From positions 559,787 to 623,786 of the forward strand of contig JADIYI010000008.1 of NCBI GenBank assembly GCA_016705365.1: a stretch of DNA of 64,000 nt, given 5' to 3'. Below, piece after piece: positions 37,779 to 47,296 of the stretch (its first letter is position 1; the number at the start of each line of letters is the position of its first letter). This DNA comes from Gammaproteobacteria bacterium. GTDB lineage: Bacteria > Pseudomonadota > Gammaproteobacteria > Pseudomonadales > UBA5518. Under the pieces are notes generated by a model. It did not search any database. It was not told the DNA's origin and saw nothing but the letters and a program-made list of their open reading frames with translations. Both the position numbers and the translations under genes were made by a program.

Positions 37779-39338
37779 ATGGGCGCAGATCATCACGGTC
37801 CCGCAAAAGGAATTACCCGCTGGTTCTTCACGACCAACCACAAGGATATCGGCACGCTGTACCTCTGGTTCAGCTTCTGCATGTTCCTTGTCGGTGGTAC
37901 TTTCGCACTGGTCATCCGCGCCGAGCTGTTCCAGCCCGGCCTGCAGATCGTGCAGCCGGAATTTTTCAACCAGATGACCACCATGCATGGCCTGGTGATG
38001 GTGTTCGGCGCGATCATGCCCGCCTGGGTCGGGCTCGGAAACTGGATGATTCCGATAATGATCGGCGCACCCGACATGGCGCTGCCGCGCATGAACAACT
38101 GGAGCTTCTGGATCCTGCCGTTCGCGTTCGCGATGCTGGTTTCCACCCTGTTCATGCCGGGCGGGGCGCCCAACTTCGGCTGGACGTTCTATGCGCCGTT
38201 GTCCACCACCTATGCGCCACCATCGGTCACGTTCTTCATTTTCGGCGTGCACCTGATGGGCATGTCCTCGATCATGGGCTCCATCAATATCATCGCTACC
38301 ATCATGAACCTGCGTGCTCCCGGCATGACCTACATGAAGATGCCGATGTTCGTGTGGACCTGGTTCATCACGGCATTCCTGCTGCTTGCGGTGATGCCGG
38401 TTCTCGCCGGTGCGGTCACGATGATGCTGTTCGATATCCACTTCGGCACCAGCTTCTTCAGCGCTGCCGGCGGCGGGGACCCGGTGCTGTTCCAGCACGT
38501 GTTCTGGTTCTTCGGTCATCCCGAGGTCTACATCATGATCCTGCCGGCATTCGGCGTGGTGAGTGAAGTGCTGCCGACTTTTGCCCGCAAGCCCCTGTTC
38601 GGCTACAGCTCGATGGTCTACGCGACGGCTTCGATTGCGTTCCTGAGCTTCCTGGTCTGGGCTCACCACATGTTCACGGTGGGCATGCCGATCGCCGGCG
38701 AGTTGTTCTTCATGTATGCGACCCTGCTGATCGCGGTGCCGACGGGCGTGAAGGTGTTCAACTGGGTCACCACCATGTTCCGCGGCTCGATGACGTTCGA
38801 GACGCCGATGCTGTTCGCGATTGCGTTCATCATCCTGTTCACCATCGGTGGCTTCTCCGGGGTGATGCTGGCGCTGGCGCCGCTGGATTTCCAGTACCAG
38901 GACACCTATTTCGTGGTCGCGCATTTCCACTATGTGCTCGTACAGGGAGCGCTCTTCGCTCTCTATTGCGGCGTCTACTACTGGTTGCCGAAGTGGACCG
39001 GCCACATGTACGACGAGAGCCTCAGCAAGGCGCATTTCTGGATGACGTTCATCGGCGTGAACACCGCGTTCTTCCCGATGCACTTCGTCGGACTGGCCGG
39101 CATGCCGCGTCGTATCCCCGATTACGCCCTGCAGTTTGCGGATTTCAACATGCTGTCCAGCATCGGGGCCTATATCACCGGGTTCTCGCAGCTGATATTC
39201 GTGGTGGTGGTGATCAAGTGCATCAGGGGCGGACGACAGGCCACCGACAAGGTGTGGGAAGGATCGCATGGTCTCGAGTGGTCGATACCCTCGCCGGCGC
39301 CCTATCACACCTTCGCGGTGCCGCCGCAGATCAACTAG
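37779..39338 (+). CDS. coxA: Cytochrome c oxidase subunit I
   Basis: WFFTTNHKDIGTLYL, GHPEVYILILPAFG, WAHHMFTVG, HFHYVL. Confidence 0.97.
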   Translation: MGADHHGPAKGITRWFFTTNHKDIGTLYLWFSFCMFLVGGTFALVIRAELFQPGLQIVQPEFFNQMTTMHGLVMVFGAIMPAWVGLGNWMIPIMIGAPDMALPRMNNWSFWILPFAFAMLVSTLFMPGGAPNFGWTFYAPLSTTYAPPSVTFFIFGVHLMGMSSIMGSINIIATIMNLRAPGMTYMKMPMFVWTWFITAFLLLAVMPVLAGAVTMMLFDIHFGTSFFSAAGGGDPVLFQHVFWFFGHPEVYIMILPAFGVVSEVLPTFARKPLFGYSSMVYATASIAFLSFLVWAHHMFTVGMPIAGELFFMYATLLIAVPTGVKVFNWVTTMFRGSMTFETPMLFAIAFIILFTIGGFSGVMLALAPLDFQYQDTYFVVAHFHYVLVQGALFALYCGVYYWLPKWTGHMYDESLSKAHFWMTFIGVNTAFFPMHFVGLAGMPRRIPDYALQFADFNMLSSIGAYITGFSQLIFVVVVIKCIRGGRQATDKVWEGSHGLEWSIPSPAPYHTFAVPPQIN

Positions 39339-39350
39339 GGTCAAACAGGC

Positions 39351-39911
39351 ATGTCCATGGGTACAACCCGCAAAACGGCGTTGTGGCTGACGGCGGTCGC
39401 CGTGGGTATGTTCGGTTTTGGTTTTGCGCTGGTACCGCTCTATGACGTGTTTTGCGAGGCGATCGGCATCAGCCGCGAGAACATCAATTCGCTGAGCGAA
39501 TATGTGCCGGAGGCTGCGGTCGTGGATACCGGCCGCAGCGTCAGGGTGCAGTTCATCGCCACCAATGATGGCACGATGCCGTGGGAGTTCCATCCCCATG
39601 AATTCGAGATCAGGGTGAACCCGGGCGCCGCCAACACGACGACATTTTTTGCCCGTAACCCGGCCCCGAGACCGATGGTCGCGCAGGCCATCCCCAGCAT
39701 CGATCCGGCCGAAGCAGCGCAGTACTTCCACAAGACCGAATGTTTCTGCTTCACGCAGCAGTCGCTCGCCCCGGGTGAGTCGCTGGACATGCCGTTGCAG
39801 TTCATCGTGGACCAGGCGCTGCCTGCAAGCATAAAGACGATCACGCTTTCCTACACGCTGTTTGACGTGACCGGAAAGCAGCCTGACAGCCAGGTTACGG
39901 CCGTCAACTGA
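39351..39911 (+). CDS. ctaG: Cytochrome c oxidase assembly protein CtaG/Cox11
   Basis: N-terminal TM segment plus the copper-binding CFCF motif (KTECFCFTQQ). Confidence 0.9.
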   Translation: MSMGTTRKTALWLTAVAVGMFGFGFALVPLYDVFCEAIGISRENINSLSEYVPEAAVVDTGRSVRVQFIATNDGTMPWEFHPHEFEIRVNPGAANTTTFFARNPAPRPMVAQAIPSIDPAEAAQYFHKTECFCFTQQSLAPGESLDMPLQFIVDQALPASIKTITLSYTLFDVTGKQPDSQVTAVN

Positions 39912-39956
39912 GCGATAATTCGGCTACCCGACATACACAAGGAATTCAAGGGAGAC

Positions 39957-40904
39957 ATGGATATGGCAAGTGGAACCGGCGGACACCAGAGCTACTACGT
40001 GCCGGAGCAGAGCAAGTTTCCTTTCCTGGCGACGATCGGGCTGGGCATGGCGATCCTGGGCGGCGGGCTGACGCTGAACAACCACACTTTCCACGGCACG
40101 GGCGGCATCTCCTGGCTGTTGCCGCTTGGCTTCGTGATATTGATCGCGGTGCTTTGGAACTGGTTTTCCAGCGTGATCCGCGAAAACATGGCGGGTCTCG
40201 CGAGCCCTCAGCTGAAAAGATCCTATGTGCTGGGAATGCAGTGGTTCATTTTTTCCGAAGTGATGTTCTTCTTCGCGTTCTTTTTCACGCTCGCTTATGT
40301 GCGGCTTTTCGTGGTGCCGTGGCTGGGTGGTGAAGGCGATCATGGCCTGGCGGGAAAATACCTCTGGGAGGGCTTTCATGCCAGCTGGCCAATGACCCAG
40401 ACGCCGCAGGAAGCGCTGGCCGCGACTGGTGGAAAGCAACTGATGGCTTCCGGCACTTTCACCGCGGCAAAGGAATTCGTGAGCTGGAACGGGATTCCGC
40501 TGCTGAACACGATTTTACTGGTGAGTTCCAGCGTCACGGTGCATTTCGCGCATATGGCGCTCAAGGCCAACAAGCGCAGCGCACTGAGCCTGTGGCTTGC
40601 GATCACGCTGATCCTCGGCTTTTCCTTCGTCGGTTTCCAGGCCCTTGAGTATCATCATGCTTATACCGAGCTCGGTCTGACTCTGGGCTCTGGCATCTAC
40701 GGCTCGACATTCTTCCTGCTCACCGGCTTTCACGGCTTCCACGTCTGTCTTGGCGCAATCATGCTGACGGTGATGTTCCTGCGCGCGAGCGCCAAGGGCC
40801 ACTTCATGCCGGAAGACCATTTCGGATTCGAGGCCGCGTCCTGGTACTGGCACTTCGTCGATGTGGTGTGGATCTGCCTGTTCCTGTTCGTCTACATCCT
40901 GTAA
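39957..40904 (+). CDS. coxC: Cytochrome c oxidase subunit III
   Basis: Seven-helix pattern. FFLLTGFHGFHVCLG, AASWYWHFVDVVWI. Confidence 0.9.
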   Translation: MDMASGTGGHQSYYVPEQSKFPFLATIGLGMAILGGGLTLNNHTFHGTGGISWLLPLGFVILIAVLWNWFSSVIRENMAGLASPQLKRSYVLGMQWFIFSEVMFFFAFFFTLAYVRLFVVPWLGGEGDHGLAGKYLWEGFHASWPMTQTPQEALAATGGKQLMASGTFTAAKEFVSWNGIPLLNTILLVSSSVTVHFAHMALKANKRSALSLWLAITLILGFSFVGFQALEYHHAYTELGLTLGSGIYGSTFFLLTGFHGFHVCLGAIMLTVMFLRASAKGHFMPEDHFGFEAASWYWHFVDVVWICLFLFVYIL

Positions 40905-40919
40905 TCCGTGTCTTTCACG

Positions 40920-40950
40920 GGCAAGGCCGGTGCCGCGCGCTGGCCTTGCC
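40920..40950. terminator. Bidirectional hairpin between convergent coxC and the DUF2909 gene
   Basis: Perfect 9-bp stem GGCAAGGCC / GGCCTTGCC with a 13-nt loop. Confidence 0.5.
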
Positions 40951-40954
40951 GTTG

Positions 40955-41203
40955 CTATTTGTCGGGGGTAGCGGTTTTCGAGGCGCTGATTGCGGCATCC
41001 CAGGGTGCCTTCGAGCGTAGCTGGCCACTGTAGAATCCGTAGCCGATGACTGCTACCAGGGTGACCGCAAGCGTCACGCGTATGCCAAGCGAATTCAGCG
41101 TGCGTCGTGTACGCCCCTGGTCCTTGACCAGGAATACCAGGCCACTGGCGAGGCTGACGAGCAGCAGCACGAACAGGATCACGATTACGGGCTTGATCCA
41201 CAT
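40955..41203 (-). CDS. Twin-transmembrane small protein (DUF2909-like), oxidase-cluster associated
   Basis: 82 aa with two hydrophobic helices (PVIVILFVLLLVSLASGLVFLV; VTLAVTLVAVIGYGFY). The position matches the Pseudomonas cox cluster as I recall. Confidence 0.6.
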   Translation of the reverse strand: MWIKPVIVILFVLLLVSLASGLVFLVKDQGRTRRTLNSLGIRVTLAVTLVAVIGYGFYSGQLRSKAPWDAAISASKTATPDK

Positions 41204-41246
41204 ATTCCGATTGTTCCGTGGTTATCGAGGCGGCGAGTATAACCCG

Positions 41247-42032
41247 ATGAGTAGCGAGCCACCCTGCGAGGAAGCGCCTGTGAGCGAACTGGCGGGCGGC
41301 CTGCGGTTCAATACCAAGTTTGCCGCCCTGGTGATAGTGCTGTTCCCGGCACTCATGGGTCTCGCCGGCTGGCAGATGTGGCGCAGCCAAGAGAAAGCCG
41401 TGATGCTTGCGGTGGTCGAGGCGCGCAGTCAGCAGGCGCCAATCCGGGTCTCCCTGTTGCAGGATTCGACACGCTCCGGGCTGGATCGCCTGCCGGTCGA
41501 GTTGCGCGGGCACTATCTGCAGGGCCGGGATTTCCTGCTCGACAACCGCGTCCTGCGCGGCACGGTAGGTTACGAGCTGATCACGCCGTTTCAGGATCGT
41601 GATGGCACGGTGGCTTTTGTGAATCGTGGCTGGCGTGCCGCGCTGCGCACCCGCGAGCAATTGCCGGTGCCCGAGATCATCGAGCAGGAAGTGCAATTGA
41701 TCGGCGACGTGTATGCGCCCGAGGATCTGCGGCGGCTGCGCTCCGCTGCGAGCGGTGGCTGGCCTTGCATTCTACAGGCCGTGGATATCGCCGAGATGGC
41801 GCGTATCGCGGGCGTGGAGGCCTTTCCTTACCTGGTGCGCCTGCGTTCGGAACAGCCAGGCGTGCGCGATGCGCACTGGGAAACCGTGAACATCGCGCCC
41901 GAGCGCCACGTTGCGTATGCGGCGCAATGGTTTTTCATGGGGCTCGCATTGCTGCTGGTGTTCCTGCTGGGCGGCACCAATGTCCGCGAGTGGTATACGA
42001 ATAATCACGGGGGTGGCAAGCGTCATGGTTGA
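41247..42032 (+). CDS. SURF1-family cytochrome oxidase biogenesis protein
   Basis: ATG 41247 (the track start at 41046 is rejected). LGLAGWQMWR, GYELITPF, VNRGW, C-terminal TM segment with YAAQWFFMGL. Confidence 0.8.
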   Translation: MSSEPPCEEAPVSELAGGLRFNTKFAALVIVLFPALMGLAGWQMWRSQEKAVMLAVVEARSQQAPIRVSLLQDSTRSGLDRLPVELRGHYLQGRDFLLDNRVLRGTVGYELITPFQDRDGTVAFVNRGWRAALRTREQLPVPEIIEQEVQLIGDVYAPEDLRRLRSAASGGWPCILQAVDIAEMARIAGVEAFPYLVRLRSEQPGVRDAHWETVNIAPERHVAYAAQWFFMGLALLLVFLLGGTNVREWYTNNHGGGKRHG

Positions 42033-42654
42033 TCCGATCGAGCCAGACGGGAAAGCACTGCGGGCGAGCCGGATCAAGCTGGCGTTGATGTTCCTGTTGC
42101 CGTTGCTCGCGATCGGGCTGTCGACGCTGGTCTATTACACCGGCACCGGGATACCGCGAGCCACCACCAACAAGGGGGTGCTGCTGATACCGCCGCGCCC
42201 GATCGACGAGCTGAAGCTGAGCGACCGGGCCCGGCAACCCTGGCATCATGCGCAAAGCGCTCAGGGATGGGGGTTGTTGACGGTGGGCGCCGGTGATTGT
42301 GCCGATTCCTGCCGGGAGAGGTTGTACCTGACGCGCCAGATTCGCCTCGCGCTCGGCAAGGACACGCACCGGATCAGCCGTTATTACCTGATGACGGACG
42401 AGACACCGGAGCGGGGTTTTGCCGATTATCTGGCCGCGGAACACCCGGATCTGCAGTTGCTGCACGTCGATCGGCCCGCGCTGCAGGCCTGGCTGGGGTT
42501 GGCAAGCGACCCCGATCCGCTCGCCGGGCAGCCGATCTTCATCGTCGACCCGGCGGGTTTTGCGATGATGTATTACCTGCCAACCCATGCCGGAGCCGAG
42601 ACGATTTCCGATCTGCGCTTCCTGCTCGAGCATTCGCGCGAAAAAGTGCGTTGA
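42025..42654 (+). CDS. Membrane-anchored hypothetical protein of the cox biogenesis cluster (CxxxC, thioredoxin-like?)
   Basis: ATG 42025 overlaps the SURF1 end by 8 nt. One N-terminal TM segment. [15 protein letters not shown]. Confidence 0.55.
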   Translation: MVDPIEPDGKALRASRIKLALMFLLPLLAIGLSTLVYYTGTGIPRATTNKGVLLIPPRPIDELKLSDRARQPWHHAQSAQGWGLLTVGAGDCADSCRERLYLTRQIRLALGKDTHRISRYYLMTDETPERGFADYLAAEHPDLQLLHVDRPALQAWLGLASDPDPLAGQPIFIVDPAGFAMMYYLPTHAGAETISDLRFLLEHSREKVR

Positions 42655-42734
42655 AACATGCACCTCCGGCGGCATCACTATCCGTTACAATAGCCGGCCA
42701 GCAGATTACGCGATCACGCGTTTGGCAAAAAATC

Positions 42735-43646
42735 ATGGAAACGACTCTCGCGCAGCGCCCGCTATGGCGCGATTACCTCGAACTCTGCAAGCCGAACGTG
42801 GTTGCGTTGATGATGCTCACGGCGGTCATCGGCATGATGCTTGCCACGCCCGGCATGGTTCCCTGGCAGGCACTGATATTCGGCAATCTCGGCATCGCGC
42901 TGTGCGCGGCGTCCGCGGCGGCGGTGAACCATCTGGTCGACCGACGGATCGACGCGGTGATGGTGCGTACCAGCAATCGTCCGTTGGCACGAGGGCGCGT
43001 CGATACCCGCCACGCGGTGCTGTTTGCCTGCACGACCGGGGTGGTTGGCATGCTGATCCTGGTCGTGCTGGTCAATCCGCTCACCGCCTGGCTGACGCTG
43101 GCCTCGCTGATCGGTTATGCGTTCATCTATACCTATTACCTCAAACGTGCCACTCCGCAGAATATCGTGATCGGCGGACTGGCTGGCGCCGCGCCCCCGC
43201 TGCTCGGCTGGACGGCGGTAACCAACGAAGTGCATGGTTACGGCTTGCTGCTGGTGTTGATCATCTTTGCCTGGACGCCGCCGCATTTCTGGGCACTGGC
43301 CATCCACCGCAGGGAAGAATATGCCAAGGTCGATATTCCGATGCTGCCGGTCACCCACGGCGAGCGGCACACCGCCCTGCATATCCTGCTGTATACCCTG
43401 ATCCTGTTCGCGGTCACGCTGTTGCCTTTTGCGACCGGCATGAGCGGTCCGTTGTACCTCGTGGGAGCTGTGGGCCTCGGTTTCGGCTTCCTGTACTGGG
43501 CGATCGTGCTGATGACCGGCAGGAACCCGCGGGCACCGATGGAAACATTCAAGTACTCGATCATCTACCTGATGGCGTTGTTCCTGGTCATGCTGGCGGA
43601 TCACTACATCTACCCGCGCCCGATGGCCCTGCTATTGGCTTCCTGA
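42735..43646 (+). CDS. ctaB: Protoheme IX farnesyltransferase (heme O synthase)
   Basis: ATG 42735 (the track start at 42297 is rejected). [41 protein letters not shown]. Confidence 0.9.
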   Translation: METTLAQRPLWRDYLELCKPNVVALMMLTAVIGMMLATPGMVPWQALIFGNLGIALCAASAAAVNHLVDRRIDAVMVRTSNRPLARGRVDTRHAVLFACTTGVVGMLILVVLVNPLTAWLTLASLIGYAFIYTYYLKRATPQNIVIGGLAGAAPPLLGWTAVTNEVHGYGLLLVLIIFAWTPPHFWALAIHRREEYAKVDIPMLPVTHGERHTALHILLYTLILFAVTLLPFATGMSGPLYLVGAVGLGFGFLYWAIVLMTGRNPRAPMETFKYSIIYLMALFLVMLADHYIYPRPMALLLAS

Positions 43647-43656
43647 GATATCCGCC

Positions 43657-44316
43657 TTGAGCATCACGAAATCACAACGCCGCAAGATCCGGCTCACGGC
43701 GCTCGGGCTCTCGTTGCTGGCATTGCTGGTGGTTGTGATGTTCGTGCGCCAGTTCATGAATCCGGAGCACCTCGATCCGCAGTGGCTGCAGCTGCACGGC
43801 ACGGTATTGTTCGATACGCCGCGCAGCTTCGACACGCTGCAGCTGCGCGATCAAAACGACCAGCCGTTCGACGGTGCGGCCTTCCGCGGTTCATGGAGCG
43901 TGGTGTTCTTTGGCTTCACGTTCTGTCCCGATGTGTGCCCGACCACTCTCAGCCTGCTCGGCGAGGTGCAGAAGATGCTCAAGCCGGCGACCGATGGGCG
44001 GGCGCCACTCGCCTTCTACATGGTCTCGGTGGATCCCGCACGCGACACGCCGGCGCAGCTCAAGCCCTATCTCGAGCACTTCGGCAGCGAGTTCACCGGG
44101 CTTACCGGCGATTTTCCCGACATCCACCGTTTTGCCACGCAACTCAACATCCCGTTCCGCAAGGCCGTGCTCGATGACGCCAATTACAGCGTGGACCATT
44201 CCGCGAACCTGGTGCTGATCAATCCGCGCGGCCACTATGCCGGGTACATGACGCCGCCGTTTGACAAGGAGCGGATGGTGCGCGTGCTCGAATTACTGCG
44301 CACGCGAGGGTCCTGA
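43657..44316 (+). CDS. SCO1/SenC copper chaperone
   Basis: N-terminal TM segment. FGFTFCPDVCPTTL CxxxC motif and a downstream His (VDHSANLVLINP). Confidence 0.85.
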   Translation: MSITKSQRRKIRLTALGLSLLALLVVVMFVRQFMNPEHLDPQWLQLHGTVLFDTPRSFDTLQLRDQNDQPFDGAAFRGSWSVVFFGFTFCPDVCPTTLSLLGEVQKMLKPATDGRAPLAFYMVSVDPARDTPAQLKPYLEHFGSEFTGLTGDFPDIHRFATQLNIPFRKAVLDDANYSVDHSANLVLINPRGHYAGYMTPPFDKERMVRVLELLRTRGS

Positions 44317-44319
44317 ACC

Positions 44320-45105
44320 TCAGCGTGCCCGTGCGAGTCCGTGGCACAACGCAAACAATGTGCATGCGGCAACCACCACCGAAGGGCCGGCCGGCGTATC
44401 TGCGTACCAGGACATCAGCAGTCCGGCCACGACGGATAACGAACCCAGCACCGCGCCGCCCGCGGCCATCTGCTCCGGTGAGCGCGCGAAAGCCCGCGCT
44501 GCTGCCGGCGGGATCACCAGCAGTGCCGTGACCAGCAGCACGCCGACCACGTTCATCGCCACCGCGATCAACGCGGCGATGGCAAGCATCTGCAGCAGCT
44601 TCAGGCGCTCGACGGCAATGCCCTCGATCTGTGCCAGCTCCTCGTCAACGGCAATCGCCAGCCATGGACGCCAGAACAGCGCACCGAGCAGTGCGGCAAT
44701 GAAACCCACCCCGTAGACCAGCTGCAATTCGTTCGCGCCAACCGCAAGCAAATCGCCGAACAGGTAACTTTCGATATTGGCGCGGCGCGGCGCCAGCACC
44801 GTAACCGCGATGATGCCGGCGGCGAGAGTGCCGTGCGCGATCACGCCAAGCAGGGTGTCCGAGCCGAGTAGCCGCGTGCGCTGGAGCCGCGCGAAAGCCA
44901 CCGCAACCATGGCGCAAAGCAGCAATGCCGCGAGCGTGATATCGATACCGAGAAACAGCCCGAGTGCAATCCCGAGCAGCGCTGAATGCGACAGCGTGTC
45001 ACCGAAAAAAGCCATCCGTCGCCACACCAGGAAGCAGCCCAGCGCACCGGCAATCGTGGCCACGCCGATACCTGCGGCCAGGGCCCGCAGCAGGAACTCA
45101 TCCAT
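44320..45105 (-). CDS. znuB: Zinc ABC transporter permease
   Basis: 261-aa polytopic ABC-3 type permease. Sits in an operon with znuC and zur. Confidence 0.85.
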   Translation of the reverse strand: MDEFLLRALAAGIGVATIAGALGCFLVWRRMAFFGDTLSHSALLGIALGLFLGIDITLAALLLCAMVAVAFARLQRTRLLGSDTLLGVIAHGTLAAGIIAVTVLAPRRANIESYLFGDLLAVGANELQLVYGVGFIAALLGALFWRPWLAIAVDEELAQIEGIAVERLKLLQMLAIAALIAVAMNVVGVLLVTALLVIPPAAARAFARSPEQMAAGGAVLGSLSVVAGLLMSWYADTPAGPSVVVAACTLFALCHGLARAR

Positions 45106-45850
45106 GCGGATGCTCCACTACCTGCCCGTGCATATCGTGTTGGTGATCATGGTGGTGCGTGTAGAGCGCAATCTCCGAGCTGACCTGTTTGCCGAACAGT
45201 TGCAGAAATGCGGGGTGGGTGCTCACTACCTCCGGCTTGCCCGCGCAACAGACGTGCCGATTCAGGCACAGCACGGTATCGGTGGCGGCCATCACCAGGT
45301 GCAGATCGTGGGAAATCATCAGCACCGCACAGCGATGACGATGGCGCACCGCGTCGATCAGCGCATACAGCTCCGCTTGCCCGTTGACATCCACACCCTG
45401 TACCGGCTCGTCGAGTACCAGCAATTGCGGGTTGCGCAACAGCGCGCGCGCCAGCAACACGCGCTGGAACTCGCCCCCGGATACACCGGCAAGCGGTGTC
45501 CCGAGCAGCGCGCTCACGCCGACTTCCGCCGCCACCTCGGCGAGTCGCTGCGGATTGCGTTCGGCAATCCGCAGGAAGCGCTCCACGCTGAGCGGCAGCG
45601 CCGGGTCGATCTGCAATTTTTGTGGCATGTAGCCCACGCGCAGACCGGGGCGGCGCCAGATGGTGCCGGTGGAGGGAGATGCAAGGCCTATCAGCAGACG
45701 TAACAGGGTCGTCTTGCCGGCGCCGTTGGGGCCGATCACGGTCAGGATCTCGCCAACGTGCAGGCGCAGCGAGACATTTTCGAGCACCAGGTCGGGGCCG
45801 ATCCGGAAACCGATGGCGCGCGCTTCGAGCAGGAATTCCGGGTCGGTCAT
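45098..45850 (-). CDS. znuC: Zinc ABC transporter ATP-binding protein
   Basis: ATG 45850 overlaps the zur stop (ATGA). Walker [12 protein letters not shown], signature LSGGEFQR, Walker B LLVLDEP. His-rich C-terminus [10 protein letters not shown]. Confidence 0.9.
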   Translation of the reverse strand: MTDPEFLLEARAIGFRIGPDLVLENVSLRLHVGEILTVIGPNGAGKTTLLRLLIGLASPSTGTIWRRPGLRVGYMPQKLQIDPALPLSVERFLRIAERNPQRLAEVAAEVGVSALLGTPLAGVSGGEFQRVLLARALLRNPQLLVLDEPVQGVDVNGQAELYALIDAVRHRHRCAVLMISHDLHLVMAATDTVLCLNRHVCCAGKPEVVSTHPAFLQLFGKQVSSEIALYTHHHDHQHDMHGQVVEHPHG

Positions 45851-46362
45851 GGGGCGGAGCAACCGGGGCACAGGCCGAGAACTTCCAGCGCGACCGACTC
45901 GACCCGAAAACCGACCCGTTTGCCGAGGCGTCGGATGGCGCTGCCGATCGCCGGCTGCATCGATTCGAGCGTGCTGCCGCAGCCGCGGCAGATATACAGC
46001 TGGTGGTCATGCGGCTCGGCACCGACCTGGCAGCCCACATAGGCATTCAGCGTCGCAACGCGGTGCACGAACCCCTGCTCGCGCAGAAACTCGAGGGCGC
46101 GGTAAACCGTGGGCGGACCCGGCATGCGCCGCGCGGCGTCACGTGTGCCGAGCTTTTCGAGCAGCGCATACGCCCCGATCGGACGATGACTCTGCCACAC
46201 CAGCCGCAACACCTCCTCGCGCAACGCCGTAAGCCGTGCGCCACGCTCGCGGCAGGCTCCGCGCGCCTCGGCAATCGCGCGCTGCACGCAGCGTCGATGG
46301 TCGTGAACGGCAAACGCCATCTGTGGCGTCGCCGTGCTGGTGGTCGCGGCCCGGTTGTTCAT
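45847..46362 (-). CDS. zur: Fur-family zinc uptake regulator
   Basis: Winged-helix region ([13 protein letters not shown]...[15 protein letters not shown]). CxxC pairs ICRGCG and LCPGC. Confidence 0.85.
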   Translation of the reverse strand: MNNRAATTSTATPQMAFAVHDHRRCVQRAIAEARGACRERGARLTALREEVLRLVWQSHRPIGAYALLEKLGTRDAARRMPGPPTVYRALEFLREQGFVHRVATLNAYVGCQVGAEPHDHQLYICRGCGSTLESMQPAIGSAIRRLGKRVGFRVESVALEVLGLCPGCSAP

Positions 46363-46365
46363 CGC

Positions 46366-46378
46366 GTTATATTATAAC
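46366..46378. promoter_or_regulatory. Zur-box-like perfect palindrome GTTATA-T-TATAAC
   Basis: Lies between the divergent zur-znuCB and znuA starts. Matches the core of the proteobacterial Zur box (GTTATAwTATAAC). Confidence 0.6.
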
Positions 46379-46395
46379 TTTTGGCATCGAGGTCC

Positions 46396-47274
46396 ATGCT
46401 CATGTTGCGAGCCCGCAGGTGCCGCCTGGTGCTGGCACTGCTGTGCATGACGATGCGCGCGCACGCCGACGAGCCGCTGCCGCTGGTGCTCAGCAGCATC
46501 CGGCCGCTGCACCTGATCGTGCTGGCGCTCGCCGGTGATCGGGTCGAGGCGCGCGAGTTCCCGGGGATTGGCGCGTCGCCACATGACTTCGTGGTGCGCC
46601 CGTCGGCAATCCGCCTCCTCGAGTCCGCACGAGTGGTATTCTGGATCGGGCCCGAGCTCGAGCGCCCGCTTGCCGAGTTGCTCGAGCGTATGCCCGGGCG
46701 CCGCGATATCGCGTTGTTGCCGCGGATGCCGCCCGCCGCGATTGCCGCCGATGCCGATCCGCACGTGTGGCTCGATCCACGGCTGGCCGTGGCGATCGCG
46801 GAATCGATGGCCGCAGTGCTGATCGAGCGTGGTATCGCCGAGGAGCCGCTGCTGCAGTCCCGGCTCGAGGCCTTCATTGCCTCGATGGAGAGCGCCGAAT
46901 GGAACATGCGCCAGGAGTTGAACGGACTCGAGCGGGTGCCTTTCATGGTGATGCATGACGGTTATGGCTATTTTGTGCGTCGTTTCAGTCTGAACCAGGT
47001 GTTGGCTCTCGGTCCGGACGCCGAGCGCCAGCCGGGTGCACGGGCGGTGTCGCGGATGCGCCAGAGCGCGCTCGACAGCGCCGCGGTGTGCCTGCTGCGC
47101 GAGAGCAACAGCAACCGGCGTCTTGCGGATTTGCTGGCCGAGGGCACCGCGATGCGTATTCGCGAAGTCGACCCGCTGGCCTTGTCGCTGGCGGCGGACG
47201 ATGCGGATTTCGCGGCGTTTCTGACCGACTTCACCCGCACTGTCGCCGGTTGCCTGCGTGGGCCGGCGTCATGA
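46396..47274 (+). CDS. znuA: Zinc ABC transporter substrate-binding protein
   Basis: Start is uncertain (TTG 46381, ATG 46396 or 46402). Signal peptide ...MRAHA/DE. Metal-ligand regions GASPHDF and DPHVWLDP. Confidence 0.8.
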   Translation: MLMLRARRCRLVLALLCMTMRAHADEPLPLVLSSIRPLHLIVLALAGDRVEAREFPGIGASPHDFVVRPSAIRLLESARVVFWIGPELERPLAELLERMPGRRDIALLPRMPPAAIAADADPHVWLDPRLAVAIAESMAAVLIERGIAEEPLLQSRLEAFIASMESAEWNMRQELNGLERVPFMVMHDGYGYFVRRFSLNQVLALGPDAERQPGARAVSRMRQSALDSAAVCLLRESNSNRRLADLLAEGTAMRIREVDPLALSLAADDADFAAFLTDFTRTVAGCLRGPAS

Positions 47275-47296
47275 ACCCAGCTCCGAAGGCCTTCCA

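Noticed and set aside
36711-39731. 1006-aa minus-strand ORF
   Set aside because: It is antisense to coxB, coxA and ctaG, which carry definitive CuA, heme-copper and CFCF motifs. It is a shadow ORF. The same reasoning applies to 33211-34956(-), 61289-62752(-), 19043-20194(-), 6164-7648(-), 7853-8968(+), 40515-41696(-) and similar track entries.
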